Assembly (NCBI GenBank): GCA_050290185.1
Contig: JBNKHE010000001.1
Location: forward strand, 578,713-642,712
Length of the DNA stretch: 64,000 bases
Direction: 5' to 3'
Source: Pontiella sp.
GTDB lineage: Bacteria; Verrucomicrobiota; Kiritimatiellia; Kiritimatiellales; Pontiellaceae
The position numbers and the translations under genes are program-made. Below the pieces are notes generated by a model. That model saw only the letters and a list, made by a program, of their open reading frames with translations, was not told where the DNA came from and made no database searches. Below, in pieces: positions 18,762 to 28,164 of the stretch; positions within the stretch are counted from its first letter, which is position 1; every line of letters starts with the position of its first letter.

Positions 18762-19703
18762 ATGAATATCATCGAACAAATCGAGGCAACCGCATTAAAG
18801 CTCGTCCCTCTCTATGCCCAAGACGAAGCCGACCTGCCGGACCGGCCGCTTTGGTCCCATCCGGAACTCGATGAGGTCATCGAAGCGTTGCGGCTGCTGG
18901 CCGACGTTCTTTTCCCTGGCAAGCATCTTCCGGAACCGTCCGACTTTAAAACCTTCTTCACCGACCAGTTGAGTGCCACGGCTGAAATCCTGATGCAGGA
19001 AGTGGAGAAGGCGCTGCCGTTCCGCTGGATGGGGGCCGCCGACCTCCATGAAAAGCGAAAACCCATCGATGACCTCCACCCTGAAGCGGCCAACATTGTC
19101 AGCCGGTTCATTGCCTCGGTGCCCACCATACGGACCGCCTTAATCGAGGATGTGAAGGCCGCCTACAATGGCGACCCGGCCGCGCTCAGTTATGCCGAAG
19201 TCAAGCTGGCCTATCCCGGACTTGTGGCAATCACCTCCCACCGTATTGCCCACGAACTGTACAAGCTGGAAGTACCATTGATTCCGCGCATCATGAGCGA
19301 ATACACCCATTCACTCACCGGGATCGACATCCATCCGGGCGCAAGCATTGGCGAAGGATTCTTTATCGACCACGGCACCGGGGTGGTCATCGGCGAAACC
19401 TGCCATATCGGCAACAACGTAAAGCTTTATCAGGGCGTAACTCTTGGCGCAAAGAGCTTCCCGCTCGATGAACACGGCCGACCCATTAAACATATCCAGC
19501 GGCACCCCACCGTGGAGCACAACGTGGTCGTTTATGCCAACAGCACGATTCTGGGAGGGGATACTGTGATCGGCCATGACTCCATTGTTGCCGGCAACGT
19601 ATTCCTTATGGAGAGCATTCCGCCCCGCAGTCTGGTTACCCGCACTGAAAGCGGCGTAGTGGTCCGAACCCGGGAGACGCATGGCGGAGGCGCCGGCATT
19701 TAA
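18762..19703 (+). CDS. cysE: Serine O-acetyltransferase
   Basis: GDPAA, YPG, GIDIHPGA.IG..FFIDHGTGVVIGET, KLYQGVTLGA, RHPT hexapeptide repeats. Confidence 0.93.
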   Translation: MNIIEQIEATALKLVPLYAQDEADLPDRPLWSHPELDEVIEALRLLADVLFPGKHLPEPSDFKTFFTDQLSATAEILMQEVEKALPFRWMGAADLHEKRKPIDDLHPEAANIVSRFIASVPTIRTALIEDVKAAYNGDPAALSYAEVKLAYPGLVAITSHRIAHELYKLEVPLIPRIMSEYTHSLTGIDIHPGASIGEGFFIDHGTGVVIGETCHIGNNVKLYQGVTLGAKSFPLDEHGRPIKHIQRHPTVEHNVVVYANSTILGGDTVIGHDSIVAGNVFLMESIPPRSLVTRTESGVVVRTRETHGGGAGI

Positions 19704-19705
19704 GC

Positions 19706-20752
19706 CTAGACTGGAAATTCCATCCAGAAACAACATCCGCCCAAAGTGCTTTCTTCCACACCGCAAGTTCCATTGTGCGCCTGGCATACGTCGCTAACGA
19801 TGGCAAGCCCGAGCCCAGCCCCTTCCCGGCCACTCGCACTGCCCCGTTCAAACGGCCGGAAGATGGAGGCCCGCTGGGCCCCCGTCAATCCGGGCCCCGA
19901 ATCGGAAACCTCTATCCGTATCCGTGTTTTTGAGGGGGCCGTCAAGACCAGTTCAATACGGCCACCCGAAGGCGTGAATTTCAGCGCATTATCCACAATG
20001 TTCGAAAGCGCCTCGCGAATCAGATCCGGCACACCATGTATGACCGGCATATCCACAGAATTGCTCAACTCCACCCTGATGCTGCGGAGTTCCCCAATCA
20101 TGACGGCTTCAGCGACAACGCCCTGAGCCAGCTCCTGCAGGTCTATGGACCCACGGTATTCGTCCAGCGCCCCACCCGCGGCACGGGCCAGCAACAGCAA
20201 CTGGTTTACCGTTTGGCTCAGCCGAACCGTGCTGTCCAGGATATCGACGATCACATCGCGATATTCCTCTTCGGTACGCGGGTGCTTCAGACAGACCTCG
20301 CTTTTGGTCCTGATGGCAGCCAGCGGATTCCGCAATTGGTGGGATGCGTCGTAGCTGAAACGATGCATGCGGTCCAGCAGCTCCTGGTATTCGTCGAACG
20401 TCTCGTTTAGCGTTGCGGCAAGGCGGCCGATTTCATCTGAAGGATGCTCCACTGCGATACGATCCTCCAAACGCCCGTGGCTGATGCTCTCCGCCTGTTC
20501 CACCATGGAACGCCATGGACGAAGCAACCAGCGCGAAACGTTCCATGCCACCAGCAAACTCACCGGGAAGAGTACCAGCATAACGATGCCGATCACCATG
20601 ACTTCTTCGAGCTCTTCCGACAGCACAGCGCCGCTCTGAAAGCACTCGTACAGATCGTATGAAATCAGGACGATGGCAATTAGAATGAAGTTGACCAGGG
20701 TATAAATGGTTAGGGAACCGAAAAACCGCCCCCGAATTGTTCTTTTTTTCAT
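19706..20752 (-). CDS. Sensor histidine kinase (2 TM, very short extracytoplasmic loop, HAMP, HisKA, HATPase)
   Basis: DASHQLRNPL H-box, NIVDNALKF, DSGPG, GAGLGLAIV. Confidence 0.95.
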   Translation of the reverse strand: MKKRTIRGRFFGSLTIYTLVNFILIAIVLISYDLYECFQSGAVLSEELEEVMVIGIVMLVLFPVSLLVAWNVSRWLLRPWRSMVEQAESISHGRLEDRIAVEHPSDEIGRLAATLNETFDEYQELLDRMHRFSYDASHQLRNPLAAIRTKSEVCLKHPRTEEEYRDVIVDILDSTVRLSQTVNQLLLLARAAGGALDEYRGSIDLQELAQGVVAEAVMIGELRSIRVELSNSVDMPVIHGVPDLIREALSNIVDNALKFTPSGGRIELVLTAPSKTRIRIEVSDSGPGLTGAQRASIFRPFERGSASGREGAGLGLAIVSDVCQAHNGTCGVEESTLGGCCFWMEFPV

Positions 20753-21441
20753 TTTGCCTCTTTCAGCACAAATCCGACTCCGCGCACCGTATGAAGCAAT
20801 GGGGGCAATCCGCCGATATCGAGTTTCTGTCGCAACCGCGAGATGTGCACATCGATCACATTATCCATGGAGGTCATCGTTGAGCGGACCTTCCAGATTT
20901 CGAGTTGCAGCATTTCCCGCGTCGCAACCTCGCCCTGCAATCCGGCCAGATAGGCCAGCAGGTCAAATTCGCGGGGCGTCAGATCCAGCATCTGACCGGC
21001 CCGGATCGCAGTCCGGCTGGACAGATCGATGGAAAGGTCGCCGACCTTTTGCTGCACCATGGTGCGTTGCACATGGCGCAGCTGGATGCGGATGCGAGCC
21101 AGCAGTTCCTCGAAAGCAAAGGGTTTAACCAGATAATCGTCGGCTCCGCATTCCAGACCTTTTACACGGTCCGCCACATGGGAACGCGCCGTCGTGATGA
21201 TAATCGGAAGCGTCGGATCGGTTTGGCGGACGACATCCAGAAAGTCCAAACCCTCGCCATCCGGCAAACCCATATCCAACAGAACCAACGAAGGGGATTC
21301 CCCGGCAAGAAACTCCTTGGCCGATTTGATGGAGTTGGCCACCCGGCACGCATAGCCCACTTCACACAGGCCAAGCGAAAGGGCATCTGCCAAACTGGTG
21401 TCATCCTCAACGATTAGGATCGAAATATTGTTTCCGGTCAT
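20749..21441 (-). CDS. OmpR/PhoB-family response regulator
   Basis: IVEDD, LDMGLP, GADDYLVKPF, winged helix IDVHISRLRQK..TVRGVGF; GGAGG RBS. Confidence 0.96.
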   Translation of the reverse strand: MTGNNISILIVEDDTSLADALSLGLCEVGYACRVANSIKSAKEFLAGESPSLVLLDMGLPDGEGLDFLDVVRQTDPTLPIIITTARSHVADRVKGLECGADDYLVKPFAFEELLARIRIQLRHVQRTMVQQKVGDLSIDLSSRTAIRAGQMLDLTPREFDLLAYLAGLQGEVATREMLQLEIWKVRSTMTSMDNVIDVHISRLRQKLDIGGLPPLLHTVRGVGFVLKEAK

Positions 21442-21503
21442 GCGGCCTCCTGTACCCATGATTCGAACGCTAGCATTGCATACTGCCCCCGACAACAGAT
21501 GAA

Positions 21504-21523
21504 ATCTTAAGGTATCTTCAGGG
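21504..21523. promoter_or_regulatory. 10-bp-period direct repeat, candidate response-regulator box
   Basis: ATCTTAAGGT-ATCTTCAGGG in the divergent spacer between the regulator and the PKS operon. Confidence 0.5.
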
Positions 21524-21587
21524 TAGTTTATTTGAACTTGCCCGGCATCGCAACTAGGTTGGCTCCGAATAAACCAAGGAAGTGCGC

Positions 21588-22172
21588 ATGAATAAAATGT
21601 TATTGAAGCAACTGGCCGTACTCGCGGCAGGCATTACGCTAACCCATGCTTCGGTGAGGGCCGAGACCCTTGCCGCAAAGGCAGATATCAAATTCAAGGG
21701 CTCGTCAACCCTGCACGATTTTGAAGGAACGGTGACAACACAACCGTTCGCTGCCGAGTTCAAACCGGGTAGCGGCGAAGGGCAATGGATGGTCAAGGCC
21801 CGGACTGCGCTAGAGGTGCGGAACATGACGACCCACAACAAGAAGCGCGACAAGAATATGTTCAAGATGTTCGATCTTCAACACTTCGCACAGATCGAAG
21901 GGGAGCTTCCTGAAACCCTGATTTCAGAAGCAGGCCGTACCGATGCAAAGCTGCATCTAAAAATACGCGATGTTGAGGGAGATGTTACAGCCACGATTTC
22001 CGACGTCCAGCGTACTGAAAAACAGATCAGTTGCACCATGGCCTTCCCGGTGTCACTCAAGGCATTCAACCTGAAGGGCCCGTCCGTTATGGGTTTAATC
22101 CGCGTGGACGAAATGGTTTATGTTGAATGCACCGTCAAAGGAGAGATCGGCGAATCCGTCGAAGGAAACTAA
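21588..22172 (+). CDS. Secreted YceI-like lipid/isoprenoid-binding protein
   Basis: Signal peptide; I.FKGSSTLHDFEG, MTTHNKKRDKNM, F.LKGPS.MG.IRV. Confidence 0.75.
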   Translation: MNKMLLKQLAVLAAGITLTHASVRAETLAAKADIKFKGSSTLHDFEGTVTTQPFAAEFKPGSGEGQWMVKARTALEVRNMTTHNKKRDKNMFKMFDLQHFAQIEGELPETLISEAGRTDAKLHLKIRDVEGDVTATISDVQRTEKQISCTMAFPVSLKAFNLKGPSVMGLIRVDEMVYVECTVKGEIGESVEGN

Positions 22173-22175
22173 ACC

Positions 22176-23342
22176 ATGAAAACATACATCCACCACATTG
22201 AGCCGCTGCTTCCGCAGTATTCCTATCGACAGGATTATGCACGCGACCGCATGGTTGGCTGGTTGCCAGGCAAGCGCAACCGCCGCCTGATCCACGGCAT
22301 CTACGACCACTCCGGCATCGAAACGCGATACAGTGTGCTTCCCGATTTCGGGCCCAATGCCGAACCCACCCTGTTCCACGAGGATGATAACGGAAGGATC
22401 ATTGAACCCACCACCGGCGAACGCAATTCGTACTACCGAGCCTCCGCCCGGAAAATGGTAGTGGAAGCAGGGCGAAAGGCGCTGGAAAAAGCGGAAGGTT
22501 TCAGCGCCGGAGACATTACACATGTGGTGACCGTCTCCTGCACCGGCTTCTACAATCCCGGCCCGGACCTCGATCTCATCAAGGGTCTCGGCCTACCGGA
22601 AAGTACGGAACGCTACAATATCGGGTTCATGGGTTGCTATGCCGCCTTCCCCGCCCTGCGTATGGCCCACCAGTTCTGCAAGGCCCGTCCCGAAGCCGTG
22701 GTGCTTGTCGTTTGCCTCGAACTTTGCTCGCTGCACCTCCAGTTCCGCGAAGAAGCGGACAGCCTGCTGGCCAACTCCCTGTTTGCCGATGGTTCGGCGG
22801 CCGTCATCGTGAGTGCCCGCACACCAGCGGAAAACCGGCCGGCCCTGGCGATCGAATCGTTTGCCTCGGCCCTGGCCCCCGAAGGGGAAAGCGAAATGGC
22901 CTGGGAGGTCGGCGATCGCGGTTTCGATATCCGGCTCTCCACATACGTCCCGAATATCATTGCCGGCAACATCGGCGCTATCGTCGACGGCATTTTGAGC
23001 GATACGTCCTGGAACCTGAACGATATCGGAACATGGGCGGTTCATCCCGGCGGTCGCTCCATCGTAGACCGGGTTGAAAATGAACTGCACCTGAAGCCCG
23101 AACAGCTGGAAGACTCGCGCGAGACATTACGCCAATATGGCAACATGAGCAGCGTTACCGTGTTGTTTGTACTCAACCGCATTCTCAACCGCGAGGGACT
23201 GGACGAGAACCATCCCATCTGCGCCATGGCCTTCGGACCCGGCCTGACTATTGAAACCGCTCTGCTTGAGTATCATCCGGCACATTCCAATGCCTTGCAG
23301 AAAGCACCAGCACAGGCTCTGGCGGGAACGTTGCAGGCTTAA
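22176..23342 (+). CDS. Type III polyketide synthase (chalcone/stilbene synthase family)
   Basis: Cys-His-Asn triad motifs GFMGCYAA, VHPGG, GNMSS; ELCSLH, LFADG, AFGPGL. Confidence 0.96.
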   Translation: MKTYIHHIEPLLPQYSYRQDYARDRMVGWLPGKRNRRLIHGIYDHSGIETRYSVLPDFGPNAEPTLFHEDDNGRIIEPTTGERNSYYRASARKMVVEAGRKALEKAEGFSAGDITHVVTVSCTGFYNPGPDLDLIKGLGLPESTERYNIGFMGCYAAFPALRMAHQFCKARPEAVVLVVCLELCSLHLQFREEADSLLANSLFADGSAAVIVSARTPAENRPALAIESFASALAPEGESEMAWEVGDRGFDIRLSTYVPNIIAGNIGAIVDGILSDTSWNLNDIGTWAVHPGGRSIVDRVENELHLKPEQLEDSRETLRQYGNMSSVTVLFVLNRILNREGLDENHPICAMAFGPGLTIETALLEYHPAHSNALQKAPAQALAGTLQA

Positions 23343-23354
23343 AGGCCGCACCCC

Positions 23355-25418
23355 ATGAAACGTATCCTCCAACGAACAGCCATTCTGTTCGCAACCGTTC
23401 TGGTTGCGGGCGTTGCCGCGTGGTTTGTTGGCGACCTGGGAATTGAACAGGACAACCAGTCCATGCAATCCGACGAAGCCCGCGATGATACGGCATATGC
23501 GACCTTCCAAAGGGAATTCGACAGTGATTACGAACTTATGGTCGTCGTTACTCGCGATACCCTGAATTCGGAAACTGGATGGAAACGACTACAGGATGAT
23601 ACGCAGTGGCTTCGGGGACTGGACGGAGTTCGGGAGGTTCATCTTCCATCTTCGATCGAACCGAAGCCGGGGCTGGTATCTGATGACGGCAAAACGGTCG
23701 GCATCCTGCTGGTCTTGCGTTCCGACCAACCACGGGACGAGCGCTCGCAGTTGCTGGAAACATTAAAAGCTGAAGCCCCGCAAAAAATCGAGGGCGTTGT
23801 ACGGGTTGTGGGACTTCCGCTATTGAAAGCAAGTGTAGCCAGCCATATCGCCCGCGATCAGCAGGTGGTCACCCCCCTCTCAGGAGTTGCGATGATGATC
23901 ATGCTGGCCCTCCTGTTCCGACGGGTGGCCGGCGTTGTGATTCCCATGCTGATCGTTGGATTAAGCCTGGTCACCACACTGGGTCTCTATGCCGCCTGCG
24001 GATTGGAACTCAATAGCATCACCTCGTTGCTTCCGGCGGTTGTTATTGTGCTTTCGGTTTCTGTCGCCGTCCATCTTCTTGATGCATGGATCCATGCGGT
24101 TGATGACGGGAAGCGCGGACAAGACGCAATCCATTCCGCCATGCAGGCGGTGTGGAAACCCTGCGTCTTTACGGCAGCCATGACGGCGGCCGGACTGCTT
24201 TCGCTGATATTGAGTCCCATACCCGCCGTGCGCCTCTTCGGCCTTTTTGCAGCCGTCGGCGTCAGCTTTTCGGTGATCTTCGCTTTTGCCGTTCTTCCGA
24301 TCGCACTCAGCTGGACTCTCGAACGGCCTTCACGAGCCAAGCCCCCCTGGATGCAGCGATTCCTGAATGGACTGGCTGAACTGCCCGTGCGCCATCCTAT
24401 CGTCATTCTACTGGCGGCCACGTTCATCACCGCTCTGAGCGCATGGGCGGCATCGAAAATTGAAAACAACACCGATCTCATCCATTTCTTCAAGAAACAT
24501 GATCCTATCTTTGTTGCCCACGACAGCGTGAACCACTCACTCGGAAGTGTTCGTTCGCTCGACCTGCTGGTTCGAAAAGCCGACGGCTCCGCCCTCGACC
24601 TGCAGAAAGACCTCCCAGTACTGACGGAACTAACGGATGAAATTGAAAACATCCCGGACGTTTTCGGAACCAGTTCCATCGTTGATTTCGCTTCTGACCT
24701 GCAAGCCGCTCCTTCCGGGGCTCCCCTGCCGACGATGGACAGACTGTTGGCCGATGAAGGCCGGCTCATGCGCGTTCAGGTTCATCTCGGCGACATCGGC
24801 TCCGCCCGGGCATCAGACATCTGCGACCGGATCACGGAAATCGCCAAAACCACCCCTGAGGCCGGCTGGGAGATCACGCCGACCGGCGCCTACTATCAGG
24901 TCGTTCGCGACTCCAACAAGCTGGTAGTGACCCTAATTAAAAGTTTCGGCATCACACTGGCTATCGTACTGGCATCCACCTGCCTGCTGTTCCGCTCGCC
25001 GGCCGTGCTGATTCCCGCCTTCATTCCCAACATCCTCCCAATCATCTGGGGAGCTGGACTGATGGGAGTGCTCGGCATCGACCTCAGCACAGCCACCACC
25101 ATGGTAGCCGCGGTCGTGATTGGGTTGGCCGTCGATGACACCATTCACTATCTCCATCACTTTCAGACCTACCGGCATCTGCCGGCCACCGAGGCTACCC
25201 GCGCCACCACCAAACGCATTGGGCGGGCCCTGGTCGTTTCATCCATCGTGCTGGTCGGCGGATTCTGGATGGGTGCCTTTGGCAGCTTTATCCCCACAAA
25301 TACATTCGCCTTGCTGACCGGATGCATGATGGCGTCGGCACTTTTTTGCGACCTACTGGTTCTGCCAGCCTACCTGAACCTCACTCATGCCCAACCCCAC
25401 CCGAGGAAACCCCTATGA
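23355..25418 (+). CDS. MMPL/RND-family lipid transporter
   Basis: Two repeats of a soluble loop plus TM bundle; GLAVDDTIH. Confidence 0.9.
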   Translation: MKRILQRTAILFATVLVAGVAAWFVGDLGIEQDNQSMQSDEARDDTAYATFQREFDSDYELMVVVTRDTLNSETGWKRLQDDTQWLRGLDGVREVHLPSSIEPKPGLVSDDGKTVGILLVLRSDQPRDERSQLLETLKAEAPQKIEGVVRVVGLPLLKASVASHIARDQQVVTPLSGVAMMIMLALLFRRVAGVVIPMLIVGLSLVTTLGLYAACGLELNSITSLLPAVVIVLSVSVAVHLLDAWIHAVDDGKRGQDAIHSAMQAVWKPCVFTAAMTAAGLLSLILSPIPAVRLFGLFAAVGVSFSVIFAFAVLPIALSWTLERPSRAKPPWMQRFLNGLAELPVRHPIVILLAATFITALSAWAASKIENNTDLIHFFKKHDPIFVAHDSVNHSLGSVRSLDLLVRKADGSALDLQKDLPVLTELTDEIENIPDVFGTSSIVDFASDLQAAPSGAPLPTMDRLLADEGRLMRVQVHLGDIGSARASDICDRITEIAKTTPEAGWEITPTGAYYQVVRDSNKLVVTLIKSFGITLAIVLASTCLLFRSPAVLIPAFIPNILPIIWGAGLMGVLGIDLSTATTMVAAVVIGLAVDDTIHYLHHFQTYRHLPATEATRATTKRIGRALVVSSIVLVGGFWMGAFGSFIPTNTFALLTGCMMASALFCDLLVLPAYLNLTHAQPHPRKPL

Positions 25419-27415
25419 GCAATCCATCCATGAACCATACCCTATCGCAACGTTTCTTTGCCCTCATTTACGGGCTCGTATGCCACATCACTTTTGGCGC
25501 CGCTGTCATCGCCATGGCCACCTCCTTGTTTACCGGCCTGCGCTTCGGCATCGGCCCGTTCCATGGCTTGAGTAGCCTCCTCGCCAATGCCGCATTACTG
25601 GCCACCTTCCCGGTCAGCCACTCGTGGCTCCTGTCCCCCAAAGGCCGCCGCTTCATGGCCAAGCTGGTTCCTTTTGGAATCGGCCCAAAGATTTCAATGA
25701 CTGTTTTTGTGACCATCTCCTCCCTGCAATTGCTCGCCGCCTTCGTGCTCTGGTCCCCCTCCGGTATCGTATGGTGGCAGGCAGGGCCGGGGATGGCCAT
25801 TTTTCTTGGCACGGTTGCAGTCGGCGCATGGTTGCTTCTCGGCAAATCGATGTCTGATGCACAGTTGGACCTTCAGCTTGGCCTCGTTGGCTGGTGGGCG
25901 GTATTCCGCAACCGAAAGGCCGTCTACAAGCCCTTCTCCACCCATGGCCTTTACCGGTTTGTTCGCCAACCCATCTATATCTCATTCGCATTGCTCCTTT
26001 GGCTTACCTCGGCATGGACGCCCGACCAGCTCGTACTTGCCTTGGCCTGGACCGGCTATTGCGTCATTGGCGCCGCTCTCAAGGAAAAACGTTTCATCCG
26101 CTACTTCGGTGATGCCTTCAAATCCTACCAGCAACAAGTTCCGTTCTGGTTCCCCACCCTGACCAACAAACACGAGGAGAAAAATATGCCTAACCTTTCC
26201 ACCAAAAACGAACAGGATGCCGACATTATCATCATCGGCGCCGGCCCTATCGGCCTGTTGCTCGCCAATCTGTTGGGTAAGCGCGGACTACACGTCATCG
26301 TTGCCGAACGCCGTACCCATCCGCCCAAAGGTTCGATGGCCATCGGCATCACTCCGCCTTCACTGACGATTCTCAAGGAGCTTTCGCTCGATCATGAATT
26401 TGTCGGTCAGGGCATACAGATCACCGAAGCATCTGTGTATGAAAACGGACAACGGCTCGGAGAGGTCAATTTTTCCAAGCTTCCGTCGGAACACCGTTGC
26501 ATCCTCTCGCTGCCGCAGGCCAAAACCATTTCACTACTCCGAAAAAACCTCTCCAACTATCCATCGGTTATCCTGCTCGACGGCATGCAGTTCATCAGCA
26601 GAACGGAAACGGCGAATGGCGTCCGAGTGCGGTTGCAGGATGTGGACTCATCTGCCTATTCCGATTTTTCCGCCACTTATCTGGTCGGTTGCGACGGCCA
26701 TCGCAGCGCCGTGAGAAACCATGTTCAAATTCCGTTCCCTGGCCGGTTCTACCGTTCGCAGTTTTTCATGGCCGACTTCAACGACACTACCGACTGGGGC
26801 AAAGAGGCTCGCCTCTATTTCGGCTCCCGTGGATCTGTCGAAGCCTTCCCCCTGTCCCGCAGCCAGCGTCGCTGGATTGTACAGATGCCGCTTAAGACCC
26901 GATCCGATGCAGACCTTCTTGGCGCAACGGTTGTGGAGCAGGTTGGCAAGAGAACCGGCGTTGATCTTTCCGGCCAACCCCCTGTATTCGAAAGCTTCTT
27001 CCGCCCGCAACGGCGGCTGGCGAAAACCTACCGGCGCGGCCGGGTTCTGCTCTGCGGTGACGCCGCACACGTTTTGAGCCCGATCGGAGGTCAGGGCATG
27101 AACACTGGATTTGCCGATGCCGCCCACCTCGCTGAGGCTGTTGCAACCGCACTGGAGACTCCGGAATCCGCCGACCTTGCGTTTGCCGAATACACCAAAA
27201 TCCGCCGCCATGCCTTCAATATAGCGGCCAGCCGTGCCGCACGGGGAATGTGGCTTGGAACCCGAAAAGGTCGTTTACCCTCCCAGCTGAGACAGTTGCT
27301 GATCGGACAGGTGTTGTTGCGTACGACAATCCGCGAACGGCTCGCCCACTATTTTGCCATGCTTACCATTCCCGGCAATAATACGAATACCTCCAAACGA
27401 AAGGTCACTGCATAA
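25415..27415 (+). CDS. Fusion of a membrane methyltransferase (ICMT/MddA/nurim-like) and an FAD-dependent aromatic monooxygenase
   Basis: N-half is multi-TM with GLYRFVRQPIY and YFGDAFKSYQQQVP; C-half GAGPIG, VGCDGHRSAVR, GDAAH..PIGGQGMNTG; ATGA overlap with the MMPL stop. Confidence 0.88.
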   Translation: MSNPSMNHTLSQRFFALIYGLVCHITFGAAVIAMATSLFTGLRFGIGPFHGLSSLLANAALLATFPVSHSWLLSPKGRRFMAKLVPFGIGPKISMTVFVTISSLQLLAAFVLWSPSGIVWWQAGPGMAIFLGTVAVGAWLLLGKSMSDAQLDLQLGLVGWWAVFRNRKAVYKPFSTHGLYRFVRQPIYISFALLLWLTSAWTPDQLVLALAWTGYCVIGAALKEKRFIRYFGDAFKSYQQQVPFWFPTLTNKHEEKNMPNLSTKNEQDADIIIIGAGPIGLLLANLLGKRGLHVIVAERRTHPPKGSMAIGITPPSLTILKELSLDHEFVGQGIQITEASVYENGQRLGEVNFSKLPSEHRCILSLPQAKTISLLRKNLSNYPSVILLDGMQFISRTETANGVRVRLQDVDSSAYSDFSATYLVGCDGHRSAVRNHVQIPFPGRFYRSQFFMADFNDTTDWGKEARLYFGSRGSVEAFPLSRSQRRWIVQMPLKTRSDADLLGATVVEQVGKRTGVDLSGQPPVFESFFRPQRRLAKTYRRGRVLLCGDAAHVLSPIGGQGMNTGFADAAHLAEAVATALETPESADLAFAEYTKIRRHAFNIAASRAARGMWLGTRKGRLPSQLRQLLIGQVLLRTTIRERLAHYFAMLTIPGNNTNTSKRKVTA

Positions 27416-28164
27416 TGAATGCCCGCTTCAACCTGAAACCCCTGGAATACATCGGCGCCCCCGAATCCAAGCAAACGTTCAACCGCAGCCTGTTTGCCGA
27501 GGTCGCCCCGAAATACGACTTCATCACCAAGGCGCTTTCCTTCGGACGCGACTCGGCGTGGAAACGCAGCCTACTCGCCTGCTTGCCGGAAACCGCTTCG
27601 CTCACATGCATTGATCTTGCCTGCGGGACGGGCGATCTCACCCGCATGCTGGCTGAACGCTACAACAGCGGAAAAATCACCGGACTTGATCTCACGCCCG
27701 AGATGCTCGCTATTGCCGACAAGCGAACCGATGCCTTCAATGTCTCGTTTGTGGAAGGCAGTATGGCTGACCTTCCGTTCGATGCTGACAGTAGTGACAT
27801 TGTTACCGGAGGGTATGCCCTGCGAAACGCCCCCGACCTGAACCAGACGTTGGATGAAATCGCCCGCATTCTACGGCCCGGCGGATATGCCGCCTTTCTC
27901 GACTTCTCCAAACCAAAGAACAGAACCGGTCAGGCCATCTGCCATTTCCTGCTCAAGTTCTGGGGCGGACTCTGGGGACTGCTACTCCATGGCAACCCTG
28001 ACGTCTACGGCTATATCGCTGATAGCCTGAAACTCTATCCCGACCGCATCGAACTCCGTGACCGTTTTGCAAAACGCGGATTCGGGCTACACAGCAGCAC
28101 CCGCTTTTTTGGCGGATTGCTCGAAATCGTCGTATTCAAAAAAAAGGAGCCGCATGCTGCCTGA
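27415..28164 (+). CDS. UbiE/MenG/COQ5-family SAM methyltransferase
   Basis: F..VAPKYD..LSFGRD..WKR, DLACGTGD, YALRN, LRPGG..LDFSKP, YGYIADSL. Confidence 0.9.
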   Translation: MNARFNLKPLEYIGAPESKQTFNRSLFAEVAPKYDFITKALSFGRDSAWKRSLLACLPETASLTCIDLACGTGDLTRMLAERYNSGKITGLDLTPEMLAIADKRTDAFNVSFVEGSMADLPFDADSSDIVTGGYALRNAPDLNQTLDEIARILRPGGYAAFLDFSKPKNRTGQAICHFLLKFWGGLWGLLLHGNPDVYGYIADSLKLYPDRIELRDRFAKRGFGLHSSTRFFGGLLEIVVFKKKEPHAA

